DNA of 64,000 nucleotides from Thermoplasmatota archaeon (GTDB lineage Archaea > Thermoplasmatota > E2 > DHVEG-1 > B18-G2), in assembly GCA_029259115.1 (NCBI GenBank), contig JAPDJO010000002.1:1-64000 (forward strand), in the 5' to 3' direction. Shown in pieces: positions 28,392-37,498 of this stretch. Within the stretch, counting starts at the first letter, position 1. Each line of letters opens with the position of its first letter. The translations under genes and the position numbers were made by a program. The notes under the pieces are model-generated. The model saw nothing but the letters and a program-made list of their open reading frames with translations, searched no databases and had not been told where the DNA came from.

Positions 28392-29297
28392 TTAAGAGAA
28401 CTCTTTCCTAAACTTCTCCCACATCTCATCTACATGCCTTTGAAACTTCTTTATCCTCTCTTCATCTTTTTTCGGTTTGAAAAGATGAGCAAATCTCCCC
28501 TGAAGTTTGAGCCATTCTTCTACGGGTTTCCTCTTAAATTTCCCCTCAAATATTGCCTTGCTTATGCCATTAAATGTCATTTTTCCATTTTCATATTCGT
28601 ATAGAGGCCATACTCCGGTCTCTACTGCTAATCTTCCCATCTCTATTGTTCTATCCATGCTAAATCTCCATCCAGGAGGACAAGGAGCTAGAATCTCTAT
28701 GTATTTAGATCCTCTGATCTCTTTTGCCTTACTCACTTTTCTATAAAGATCTTCAGGGTAGCTAATACACGCTGTTGCTACATAGGGGATATTATGAGCC
28801 CTGACTATCGCTCCCATATCCTTTTGAAATTCTCTTTTCCCTCCGACTGTTGTTGTTGTCCATGCACCATAAGGAGTGGCCCCACTTCTCTGTATGCCTG
28901 TATTTGAGTATATCTGGTTGTTGTAGCATATGTATATAAAGTCTGTTTCTCTTTCAAAAGCACCAGACATTGCCTGTATACCTATGTCATAAGTTCCTCC
29001 ATCTCCAGCCCAGACAACAACATTAATATTTTTCTTGCCTTGTTTTTTCAAAGCAGAGGTTATACCACTGGCTGCGGCAGCAGAAGCTGCGAATGCTATG
29101 TTTAGGAGAGGCACATTAAAAGAACTACTTGGATACCAGCTTTCTATGACTGCTGTACAGCATGCAGGAACAACAAGTATCGTATCTTTCCCGAGAGCCT
29201 TTAAAACTATTCTTAATCCAATGGTAGCGGGACATCCGGGACATGCTGCACTACCTGGTAAAACATACTCCTCTTTTGGTAAATCCTTTAAAGCCAT
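28392..29297 (-). CDS. porB: 2-oxoacid:ferredoxin oxidoreductase beta subunit
   Basis: ACPGC, TPP motif GDGGTYDIG..YNNQIYSNTG, PCPPGW. Substrate (POR vs VOR) not resolved. Confidence 0.9.
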   Translation of the reverse strand: MALKDLPKEEYVLPGSAACPGCPATIGLRIVLKALGKDTILVVPACCTAVIESWYPSSSFNVPLLNIAFAASAAAASGITSALKKQGKKNINVVVWAGDGGTYDIGIQAMSGAFERETDFIYICYNNQIYSNTGIQRSGATPYGAWTTTTVGGKREFQKDMGAIVRAHNIPYVATACISYPEDLYRKVSKAKEIRGSKYIEILAPCPPGWRFSMDRTIEMGRLAVETGVWPLYEYENGKMTFNGISKAIFEGKFKRKPVEEWLKLQGRFAHLFKPKKDEERIKKFQRHVDEMWEKFRKEFS

Positions 29298-29298
29298 A

Positions 29299-30453
29299 TT
29301 ATCCCTCTATTCCATACCATTCATACCCTTCATATCTATCCTCAACAACCTTCTTACACATCTTTTCTATATCTTTGAAAGTTACATCCTTTCCCCCAAG
29401 ACCTGCTATAAATCCATAAACTTTTGCATCGCTAATCCGATATAGACTAGCTTTAACCTCTGTAAAAACAGGTCCTTCCATTCCAAGAGATATGCTCCTG
29501 TCTATTACTATAAGATCACTTTCCTTTGCAAGAGAGGCAATATCTTCTACAGGGAAAGGTCTAAAAGATCTCAGTCTGGCTAATCCAATTTTTATTCCTT
29601 CCTTTCTCATCTTATCTATAGCAACCTTACTTTCAGCTCCTAGGGCTGCATAGGATATCAAGATATAATCTGCATCTTCACATCTGTATTTTTCTATTAA
29701 ACCTCCATGATAGGTTCCAAATCTTTCCTTCCATTCCTCTGCTATCTTTGGTATGAGCTCTTTTGCTTTTTCTTGAGCCTCCTGCATAGCTTTTCTTATT
29801 TTTGGATAGTCTTTGGGCATTATGATATTTCCATGGGTAACCGGATTATCAACATCTAACAACCATTGTGGTTCTCTCTTTGGGAGGAATTCATCAATAT
29901 CCTTCTCATCTGGAACCTTTACTGGCATAGAGGTGTGAGATAGAATAAAACCATCATAGCAAACCATGACAGGTAATTGAACATCTTTATGTTCAGCTAA
30001 CTTGAATGCTTGTATTGTGGTATCAAAAATCTCTTGGTTGCTGGAGCAGAATATCTGTATCCAACCGGTATCTCTCTGAGCTATGGAATCATTTTGATCG
30101 CTCCATATGTTCCAGCCTGGACCTACGGCTCTATTTACGTTCACCATAACTATTGGTAATCTAGCAAGAGCAGCCCAATGTAACATTTCATGCATGAGTA
30201 AAAGACCATGGGATGAGGTAGCTGTGAATGTTCTTGCTCCTGCCGCGCTTGCTCCTATGCATGCACTCATTGCTGAGTGTTCACTTTCTACGCATATGTA
30301 ATCTCCATAAAACTCTCCCTTCTCCACGTACTCTGCAATCTTCTCCACAACTGTCGTTTGAGGTGTTATTGGATATGCTGCGACTACATCAGGTTTTGCT
30401 AACTTTGCAGCTAATGCAGCGATATGGTTACCAGTATCTATTACAACCTTCAC
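29299..30453 (-). CDS. porA: 2-oxoacid:ferredoxin oxidoreductase alpha subunit
   Basis: AAYPITPQT, VESEHSAM, TATSSHGL, DGFILSH, FRPFP. Confidence 0.92.
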   Translation of the reverse strand: MKVVIDTGNHIAALAAKLAKPDVVAAYPITPQTTVVEKIAEYVEKGEFYGDYICVESEHSAMSACIGASAAGARTFTATSSHGLLLMHEMLHWAALARLPIVMVNVNRAVGPGWNIWSDQNDSIAQRDTGWIQIFCSSNQEIFDTTIQAFKLAEHKDVQLPVMVCYDGFILSHTSMPVKVPDEKDIDEFLPKREPQWLLDVDNPVTHGNIIMPKDYPKIRKAMQEAQEKAKELIPKIAEEWKERFGTYHGGLIEKYRCEDADYILISYAALGAESKVAIDKMRKEGIKIGLARLRSFRPFPVEDIASLAKESDLIVIDRSISLGMEGPVFTEVKASLYRISDAKVYGFIAGLGGKDVTFKDIEKMCKKVVEDRYEGYEWYGIEG

Positions 30454-30719
30454 CTTCGCCCCTCCCTTTCCATAGTTATTGCATTAACCTTACACTCTCT
30501 AGCACATATCCCACAACCTTTACAGTAATCATAGTCTATTTCTATGGAATCGTCATCTAATCTTACTACAGCCCCCTCTGGACAAAATATCCAACACCTT
30601 AGACATTTAACACATCTATCTTTATCTAATACAGGTCTGAAAACTCTCCAACTTCCTGTCTTTCCCATTGCTCCTTTCTTTGGATAGGATAAAGTGGTAA
30701 TCACTTCATACTTTTTCAT
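30450..30719 (-). CDS. porD: 2-oxoacid:ferredoxin oxidoreductase delta subunit
   Basis: KTGSWRVFRP and two 4Fe-4S motifs (CVKCLRCWIFCP, YCKGCGICARECK). Confidence 0.92.
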   Translation of the reverse strand: MKKYEVITTLSYPKKGAMGKTGSWRVFRPVLDKDRCVKCLRCWIFCPEGAVVRLDDDSIEIDYDYCKGCGICARECKVNAITMEREGRR

Positions 30720-31294
30720 TCACTCACCTCTGTCCTTTTGAACGCCTCCTCAGTAGCTTTTGCATTCCTCTCTCCCAAATCACCGCTCCATCTTTCCTTT
30801 ATCGCCTGCTTTATAGAATCTAGAGTAACTCTATCTAAAACTCTTGGTATGGAACCCAGTATAGGTGTATTAACCACCGGTATACCTCCAACGAGAAGGT
30901 CATTTTCTATTGCTATAGCAGTGGCATCAACAGTAGCAACCTTAAACCTCTTTGAAAAATCAAAATCATCCGGTCTTTTTGTCGTGTTTATAACTATAGC
31001 TCCATTTTCTTTCAAACCGCCAATAACATCTACCAGCCCTATTATGCTCTCATCCAGAACAACAACTATGTCTGGATTGTATATTTCGCTACGAAGGTTT
31101 ATCTCTCTGTCAGAAATCCTCGCAAAAGCTCTTACTGGTGCCCCCCTCCTTTCGGCTCCGAAGAAAGGAAAAGCTTGTACACCAATATTACCATCTTTAA
31201 GGGCAGCAGAAGCAAGGATGTTTGCAGCAGTTACAGCTCCTTGTCCTCCTCTACCATGAAAACAGATTTCAATCAAAGATGGTTCCTCTCCCAT
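30716..31294 (-). CDS. porC: 2-oxoacid:ferredoxin oxidoreductase gamma subunit
   Basis: HGRGGQGAVTA, FPFFGAERRGAPV, VDATAIA, VNTPILG. Confidence 0.92.
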   Translation of the reverse strand: MGEEPSLIEICFHGRGGQGAVTAANILASAALKDGNIGVQAFPFFGAERRGAPVRAFARISDREINLRSEIYNPDIVVVLDESIIGLVDVIGGLKENGAIVINTTKRPDDFDFSKRFKVATVDATAIAIENDLLVGGIPVVNTPILGSIPRVLDRVTLDSIKQAIKERWSGDLGERNAKATEEAFKRTEVSE

Positions 31295-31341
31295 AATAAC
31301 TACCGCCGTGAGAGGTATAGTAAAGAGGATTATAACTGTTT

Positions 31342-31632
31342 TTATTTCTCGATGCTTTCAACCTTTGATCTCATGGTAGCATCTTTGTCTCTCCTGTCAT
31401 CTATTTTTATCTCGGTGATAACCCTCTTTGCACCTTTACTCAAAACAGCGTTATGAGCTTTCTTGATAACATCAAATAGTTCATCCAAACTTTTTGTCTC
31501 TACCACGGTAGCCATCGCATTAAGTTCATAATTTAGTCCACTTCTTTTGATCTCATCTAAGGCAGCTTTGACATAATCATGCACACTCACTCCAACACCT
31601 ATCGGAGTGATTGAAATCTGAGCTATAATCAT
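31342..31632 (-). CDS. MTH1187/thiamine-binding family protein
   Basis: AQISITPIG..SV..YV, AMATVVE, RVITEIKIDDRRDK. Confidence 0.85.
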   Translation of the reverse strand: MIIAQISITPIGVGVSVHDYVKAALDEIKRSGLNYELNAMATVVETKSLDELFDVIKKAHNAVLSKGAKRVITEIKIDDRRDKDATMRSKVESIEK

Positions 31633-31633
31633 T

Positions 31634-32686
31634 TTATCCCTTCAAAACAAAAGAGTTTACGGGGTTATTTGATTTTCCCTCAATTATATCTTTTTCTTTC
31701 TTAGTAACGACAACATCTAAAAATAGTGCTCTCTCTAAACCTTCTACAGAATCTAAATTTTTCAAGCCAGTGAGATCCGTTCTGCAGAAGAAAGCCCCTT
31801 TTATTCTGGCGTTTTTAAAATTAACGCCTTTGAGATCTGCATCAGTAAAATCTACAAATTCAAGTTCACAATCTGTAAAATCAGATTTGCTCAAATTTGC
31901 ATTCTCGAAAGATATATGTTTGAGGTAAGCTTCCCTGAAGGAAGACTTTTCAATATCTGCATCTGTAAAATCAATCTTATAGAGAGAGGACTTGTCAAAC
32001 CTTGCACCTTTCACACTACATCTTCCAAATATCGAATGTGTAAATTCTACTTCCTCTAAAATTGATCCATCGAGTATTGCTTCCGAGAAGTCACTGTCTC
32101 CACACGAACATGCTAGATTGGCTTCGCTGAGATCAGCCCCTCGGAAGTCTGTTTTGAAAAATTCAACTCCCTTAAGATTTGCTTTATGAAGATTAGAATT
32201 TGCGAAGATCGTTCCGCAAAGAAAAGATTCGCTTAAATCTGCTTCTTCCAGATCTGCTCCGCTAAAATCAGCGTTTTCCAAATTTGCTTTTATGATTTTA
32301 GCCTTGTTCAGAACAGTTTTTACAAATTTAGTTTCTTCCAAATTTGCTCTATTTAGATTTGAAAACGAGAGATCAGATTTACTAAAATCAGCACCTTTAA
32401 GATTAGCTCTGCAAAAATTTGAATTTTTCAAAGAACAATCTAAAAAATACAGGATCTTTTCACTTTCCCATATAGAGTTGAGAGATTCAAGGTAGATATC
32501 ATCTGCTTTGATTCTTTGAAATTTGCAACCATCTATTATTAGTGGATTCGCATCTTTGACAGAACTTCTTAACACTCTATTTATTCTAGCTACATAAGGG
32601 TTTAGATCTGAATCGTCTGGAAATTCTAGGTCTAGAAAATATCGTTCTCCATCCTCCAGCCTTTTAACAAATTCGTCGATATCCAT
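31634..32686 (-). CDS. Pentapeptide repeat protein
   Basis: Long run of A(N/D)Lxx repeats (ANLKG ADFSK SDLSF SNLNR ANLEE...). Confidence 0.9.
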   Translation of the reverse strand: MDIDEFVKRLEDGERYFLDLEFPDDSDLNPYVARINRVLRSSVKDANPLIIDGCKFQRIKADDIYLESLNSIWESEKILYFLDCSLKNSNFCRANLKGADFSKSDLSFSNLNRANLEETKFVKTVLNKAKIIKANLENADFSGADLEEADLSESFLCGTIFANSNLHKANLKGVEFFKTDFRGADLSEANLACSCGDSDFSEAILDGSILEEVEFTHSIFGRCSVKGARFDKSSLYKIDFTDADIEKSSFREAYLKHISFENANLSKSDFTDCELEFVDFTDADLKGVNFKNARIKGAFFCRTDLTGLKNLDSVEGLERALFLDVVVTKKEKDIIEGKSNNPVNSFVLKG

Positions 32687-32773
32687 CTCTATCAGAAAAC
32701 CCAGAGCAATCTAAAAAACTTTCCAGTCCAGACCGATCAATTTATTAATTTTTACTTTATTTCCCTATAGGAG

Positions 32774-33112
32774 GTGGATGGGGTGGAGAGTGAAACACTT
32801 TCGATTCTAGAAAAAAGACCTCTAGTCGTTCATTCCTTCAGGAGGAGTAGTTTGAGAAGAAGAATCGCCGAATACCTCTACGAGATAAGTCCAAGTCCGA
32901 GTTATCCTTCTGAAATAGCTTATCATGTTAAATCTAATCCTACCAATGTTATAGGCGCCTTGCGAGGCATGGAACCCAGGTATAGGACAGAAGAGTCTCT
33001 ACTTCATTTAAACATTGTTGAGATTTGCAAAAATGATGGTAATCTCACTTTGTACAGGCTAACAGATTTTGGGAAGAAGATAGTGTCAACTCTTAAGGAA
33101 AAGAAGATTTAG
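32774..33112 (+). CDS. earA: Archaellum operon transcriptional activator, EarA family (wHTH)
   Basis: SF..S.LRR.I..YLY.I.P..SY.SEIA..V.S.P.NV.G.L.GM..RY....SL..L..VE...YRLTDFGKK pattern recalled from methanococcal EarA. Located just before the archaellin genes. Confidence 0.8.
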   Translation: MDGVESETLSILEKRPLVVHSFRRSSLRRRIAEYLYEISPSPSYPSEIAYHVKSNPTNVIGALRGMEPRYRTEESLLHLNIVEICKNDGNLTLYRLTDFGKKIVSTLKEKKI

Positions 33113-33546
33113 GTAGTTATCTCTTTGACTTTTATCACGACATGATCTATCTTTTCAACATCTTCTCCTGTGTATATTACAATATTTGCCATAGGTCTAT
33201 CTATATCCTCTTCAGCTAAGGGTATATCTGTGTGGCCTGCCGGATACTGGAAATATCTGTAAGTCTTGTATATCGAGACGTTATTCTCATCAAAGAATTC
33301 TACACTCACATTTGCGTTTACAGTTCTGTTTACCACGTTTTTGAACCACATCGACACTCGTGCTTTAACAATCTTCCCTTTGTTTTCAATAAGATCTAAT
33401 TTTCCCTTGACAAGCTGAAAAACACCACCTCCATCAAAGATAACATTGCCTGATGTGATTTTCACCTCTTCCTTTTCTTGACAGCCTGCTATTAGGGTAA
33501 GCACTAACAAAGCGCCACATGTCGTGATGATAAATTCTCTCCTCAT
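33109..33546 (-). CDS. Hypothetical lipoprotein (Ig-like)
   Basis: Signal with lipobox LIAGC; beta-rich remainder. Confidence 0.65.
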   Translation of the reverse strand: MRREFIITTCGALLVLTLIAGCQEKEEVKITSGNVIFDGGGVFQLVKGKLDLIENKGKIVKARVSMWFKNVVNRTVNANVSVEFFDENNVSIYKTYRYFQYPAGHTDIPLAEEDIDRPMANIVIYTGEDVEKIDHVVIKVKEITT

Positions 33547-33606
33547 CCAGTTTTGGAATGTAGAGATTCATATAAGTAGTTTATCAAATATCCTAACCAA
33601 CTCACA

Positions 33607-33650
33607 TGCATATGCAGATGCATATTCATCTACAGAAAAACTATTTAAAA
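33607..33650 (+). promoter_or_regulatory. Archaellin promoter: five tandem hexamers plus BRE/TATA
   Basis: TGCATA TGCAGA TGCATA TTCATC TACAGA (33607-33636) directly before AAAAC-TATTTAAAA. Resembles the EarA site TACATA. Confidence 0.6.
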
Positions 33651-33699
33651 AGACACTTTCTAATAACCTTGCACTCAAACTAGGAGGGATGAGTGAGAG

Positions 33700-34341
33700 A
33701 TGGTAGGGAAAAGGAAGAGATATGGAGCAATAGGTATCGGCGCAATGATTGTCTTCATTGCAATGGTCCTAGTTGCAGGAATAGCTGCAAGCGTATTGAT
33801 ACAAACCAGCTCCAGATTAGAGAGCCAGGCCATGGCAACTGGGCAACAAACTACTGCAGAGGTCGCTACTGGTATATCTGTAGCAGGAATCCAAGGACAT
33901 GTAAATGGAGATATCGACTATCTAGTAATAGAAGTTAGACCAAGAGCAGGTTCCAAATCCATAGATCTCTCGCAGGCTTTCATAGAGCTCTCCGATTCTA
34001 GCAAGAAACTTATACTAAAGTATGACAGCACAGAATATCATGCAAAGAGTGAGATAAATGGAGACGTTTTCCAGGCTGGTTTCTTCGATGGCCTCGGTGC
34101 TGAGGAATTTGGAATAATAGTTATGGAAGACGCAGACGGCTCATGTACGGCATCAACACCAGTGATAAACAGAGGAGACAGAGTATTCTTAACAGTGAAT
34201 GTTGGCAATTCTACGGGATTCAACAAATTGGGAGAGAGAACAGATGTTTGGGGAATGGTTGTACCTGAAGAAGGAGCACCAGGAGTGATCTCATTCAGAA
34301 CACCAGCGGCTTACACTGAGACAGTGTATGAGTTACAATAA
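33700..34341 (+). CDS. flaB: Archaellin 1
   Basis: Class III signal KRKRYG|[21 protein letters not shown]; [19 protein letters not shown]. Confidence 0.95.
   Translation: MVGKRKRYGAIGIGAMIVFIAMVLVAGIAASVLIQTSSRLESQAMATGQQTTAEVATGISVAGIQGHVNGDIDYLVIEVRPRAGSKSIDLSQAFIELSDSSKKLILKYDSTEYHAKSEINGDVFQAGFFDGLGAEEFGIIVMEDADGSCTASTPVINRGDRVFLTVNVGNSTGFNKLGERTDVWGMVVPEEGAPGVISFRTPAAYTETVYELQ
33724..33842 (+). repeat. About 120-bp near-identical direct repeat, second copy at 34383-34501 (5' ends of archaellins 1 and 2)
   Basis: GGAGCAATAGGTATCGGCGCAATG...GCCATGGCAACTGG occurs in both genes with only about 3 substitutions. Confidence 0.85.
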
Positions 34342-34355
34342 GGAGGTGAGAAAGA

Positions 34356-34991
34356 ATGAAGATAATGAATAGAAAAAATGTTGGAGCAATAGGTATCGGC
34401 GCAATGATTGTCTTCATTGCAATGGTCTTGGTTGCAGGAATAGCTGCAAGCGTATTGATACAAACCAGCTCCAGATTAGAGAGCCAAGCCATGGCAACTG
34501 GAGAACAAACCACCGCAGAAGTAGCTACCGGTATCGCGGTAGCTAATGTAGAGGGTCATGTTTCTAGTGGAAGCATAGACAAATTAGCAATATCTGTCAG
34601 ACCAAGAGCAGGCTCAAAGGATATCGATCTCAGTACAGTTGTATTAGAACTCTCGAATTCAACAACAAAATGTGTTCTCACCTATGATAGCACCCAATTC
34701 GCGAGCACGCCTGCTGCTGCAGGCTTATTCTCGACAAGTGCATTTGGATTGACGGCTGGTGAGTTTGGAATAATAGTTCTAGAAGATGCCGATAACTCTT
34801 GTACATCATCTACACCAGTAATAAACAGAGGAGATAAAGTAGTACTAACCGTCAATGCCACCTCTACATTCAGCGGTATAGGTGTAAGAACGGATATATG
34901 GGGAAGGGTTGTACCTGAAGAAGGAGCACCTGGAATAATATCATTCAGAACACCACCATCACTAACAGATACAGTCTACATGCTGCAATAA
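34356..34991 (+). CDS. flaB: Archaellin 2
   Basis: RKNVG|[21 protein letters not shown]; same C-terminal motifs; GGAGGTGA SD. Confidence 0.95.
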   Translation: MKIMNRKNVGAIGIGAMIVFIAMVLVAGIAASVLIQTSSRLESQAMATGEQTTAEVATGIAVANVEGHVSSGSIDKLAISVRPRAGSKDIDLSTVVLELSNSTTKCVLTYDSTQFASTPAAAGLFSTSAFGLTAGEFGIIVLEDADNSCTSSTPVINRGDKVVLTVNATSTFSGIGVRTDIWGRVVPEEGAPGIISFRTPPSLTDTVYMLQ

Positions 34992-35000
34992 TCTAGATAA

Positions 35001-35042
35001 ACCCTTTCTTTCCAATATTTTTTTATTCTTTTTATCTTTTTA
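35001..35042 (+). terminator. Oligo-T terminator after archaellin 2
   Basis: CCCTTTCTTTCCAATATTTTTTATTCTTTTTATCTTTTT directly after the stop codon. Confidence 0.55.
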
Positions 35043-35075
35043 CTAATTGGAAAACGGAGGTGGAAGAGGAACTAA

Positions 35076-35717
35076 ATGTTTAGACTAGATTCCAGAGCTA
35101 ATTCGGGTGCGATAGGTATAGGTGCTTTGATTATTTTTATAGCTATGATACTCGTGGCAGGAATAGCTGCTAGTGTTATTATACAAACAATGAATAATCT
35201 TCAGAACAGGGCTATGAGCACAGGGAGGGAAACTATAAGAGATATTTCTGCTGGAATAGAAGTACGACAAGTTTCGGGGTATGTTGTAAATTCAAAGGTA
35301 GATCAATTAGCTATCTTTGTATCTCCAATTGTTGCCTCAGAGGATATCGATCTCTCACACACTTTTATATCTCTCTCAGATACTAACAAGAAAATCATAC
35401 TATCCTATGATAGTAATATGTTCAGCAGTTCAGTAAATAATGGAGTTTTTCAGGCACTAAACTCTAGTAACTTAACATCCTCAACTTATGGAATTGTTGT
35501 CATAAGAGATCTAGATGGTTCTTGCACAGCAACATCACCCGTGATTAATGAAAATGATATTGTCGCTCTCATTGTAAACACAACAAAGTGCTTTTCCGGT
35601 ATATCTCCAAGAACAGAAGTATCTGGAAATGTTGTTCCAGAGTATGGAGTCAGTGGAGTGATAAGTTTTGTTACCCCGCCTGCACTAATAGACAAGATCG
35701 TTGATCTTCAACCTTAG
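35076..35717 (+). CDS. flaB: Archaellin 3
   Basis: ANSG|AIGIGALIIFIAMILVAGIAA; VINEND, VVPEYGVSG. Confidence 0.93.
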   Translation: MFRLDSRANSGAIGIGALIIFIAMILVAGIAASVIIQTMNNLQNRAMSTGRETIRDISAGIEVRQVSGYVVNSKVDQLAIFVSPIVASEDIDLSHTFISLSDTNKKIILSYDSNMFSSSVNNGVFQALNSSNLTSSTYGIVVIRDLDGSCTATSPVINENDIVALIVNTTKCFSGISPRTEVSGNVVPEYGVSGVISFVTPPALIDKIVDLQP

Positions 35718-37489
35718 ATGTAACTACCAAGGAATGTCGTCACAACAAAGCTTGTTATGCTGACTATCCAGACCATTGGAACAAAGTATAGAAGCGTTAT
35801 TAATAGGTGACTCCCCCTCAGTTCTTTAATTGTTAAGGACAAAATCAAACAATGGATAACCAAGACGAGAAACACGACATAGAATATATTAGAAAATATC
35901 TGTGGAGGAACCGTAGTTAAGATCGCCCCTATATTTATCTGCTGTAGATTTTTAAAGGGCTCTCCTGCCTCAAGCCATATCTCGTTGAGATGCTGCGCAA
36001 TAACTAGAGATACGTATATAGAGAAAGCAATCCCAAAGGTTATTCCTAGGAAAAGGGAGACAGTAGTTTTTATTATTGATAACTTTTTCAATCTTAAATC
36101 CCTTATCTTTCTTATATTCTCTGTTATCATCCTAGCCACATCTCTTGGATTAGCGGCGGCATAGGTTGCTTCTCTGAACATCTCACTACCCCTTTGTATG
36201 TAATTGCTACACGTATCTACGCCAAACCATTCCCATGCTGCATCATCATCTATTCTTGTGCTCAATCTTTTGTAAAGATTTCTTATGTGCGGAGTTAATA
36301 TTCCATAATCCTTTTCGCTCAGATATTTCACGGATTCGTTTATCTTTCCTCCCTTCATTGCAGAGATAGAACCGAGTGCGGGTAAGAATCCAAGGAAGTT
36401 TCTCTCCCTTCTGAATATATTCTGTTCTTCGATGAATGTTTTTATCCCAGGTATAATCAACGGAGTCAAAGCTATTGAAACAAGTATCTCATTTGGTATC
36501 AAGCTGAAAATTTGATAACCAGAAAATTTCAGATAAAATAGAAAAATGCCCAAGACTACAGATACCATGATAGATAAGAAAAATAGTCTGTAAAGATTCT
36601 TTTCAGTTTCACTTTTCTCTCCGGTCTGGGGCCATATCTCATCAGCGGGCATCATGGATTTGAGCAAATAAAGAAGCAATCCTTCGGTTGCTATTAATGC
36701 AAACGCTGAACCATAAACAAAAGTGTTCATGTCTGCTGTACCCATTATCATTGGTAGAACCAATCCGAAAGACATTACGAAAACAATAGATATTAATAGA
36801 CTAACATAGACCTCATTCAGTATAGTTAGATTTTCATTTGCAGACTCATACATGGTCTTGTATTCTTCCATGACTGCGCCCTGCTCCTGCTCTATAAATT
36901 CTCTGTGACTAACTCCACTAACTAAACTTTGAGAAAACCTATCTAGAAAATCCCTGAGCATTTTGCTAGGCGTTCTCTCTGATATGAATCTAAAGGCTCT
37001 AGCTAGGGGAACCTTCCACTGGGTAGAGAGGATACTTATCTTTCTTATCTCATCCCCTAGACTCTTGTAAACCTTTCTTTTTTCACCGATTGTATTGATG
37101 ATATCCTTCAGGGATAGATCAGATATAGCAAGAACCCTTAGATGGGTTATAAAGAAATGCATCTTTCCGTTAATCTCGTTTTCTCTGTTCTTCCAGCTAA
37201 TGTAGGGATATAGTATACTCAAGACAATGATTATAAGCCCGACACTTGGAAAGGCAATAGGATTTAGAGTTATTGAGAGGTATTTGTTTAGAGTAAACGG
37301 AAATATAATTAAAAATATCCCAAAGGCTAAGGAGGGTAGAAGATTCTTTTTGATAAATCCTTCAAAATCTTCTAAATTTCTATAGGCTATCCTTAGATCT
37401 TTGATAAAGCCACTCTTTTCTCCTCCTTCCTCTAACTTTTTTTCCTTTTTGATTAGTAGTTTTCTCCTCTTATTTCCCTCCTCAACCAT
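35714..37489 (-). CDS. flaJ: Archaellum membrane platform protein
   Basis: Multi-TM protein with T2SS-F-like cytoplasmic domains (HFFITHLRVLA, RDFLDRFSQSL). Last gene of the fla accessory operon. Confidence 0.9.
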   Translation of the reverse strand: MVEEGNKRRKLLIKKEKKLEEGGEKSGFIKDLRIAYRNLEDFEGFIKKNLLPSLAFGIFLIIFPFTLNKYLSITLNPIAFPSVGLIIIVLSILYPYISWKNRENEINGKMHFFITHLRVLAISDLSLKDIINTIGEKRKVYKSLGDEIRKISILSTQWKVPLARAFRFISERTPSKMLRDFLDRFSQSLVSGVSHREFIEQEQGAVMEEYKTMYESANENLTILNEVYVSLLISIVFVMSFGLVLPMIMGTADMNTFVYGSAFALIATEGLLLYLLKSMMPADEIWPQTGEKSETEKNLYRLFFLSIMVSVVLGIFLFYLKFSGYQIFSLIPNEILVSIALTPLIIPGIKTFIEEQNIFRRERNFLGFLPALGSISAMKGGKINESVKYLSEKDYGILTPHIRNLYKRLSTRIDDDAAWEWFGVDTCSNYIQRGSEMFREATYAAANPRDVARMITENIRKIRDLRLKKLSIIKTTVSLFLGITFGIAFSIYVSLVIAQHLNEIWLEAGEPFKNLQQINIGAILTTVPPQIFSNIFYVVFLVLVIHCLILSLTIKELRGSHLLITLLYFVPMVWIVSITSFVVTTFLGSYI

Positions 37490-37498
37490 ATTTCAAAC

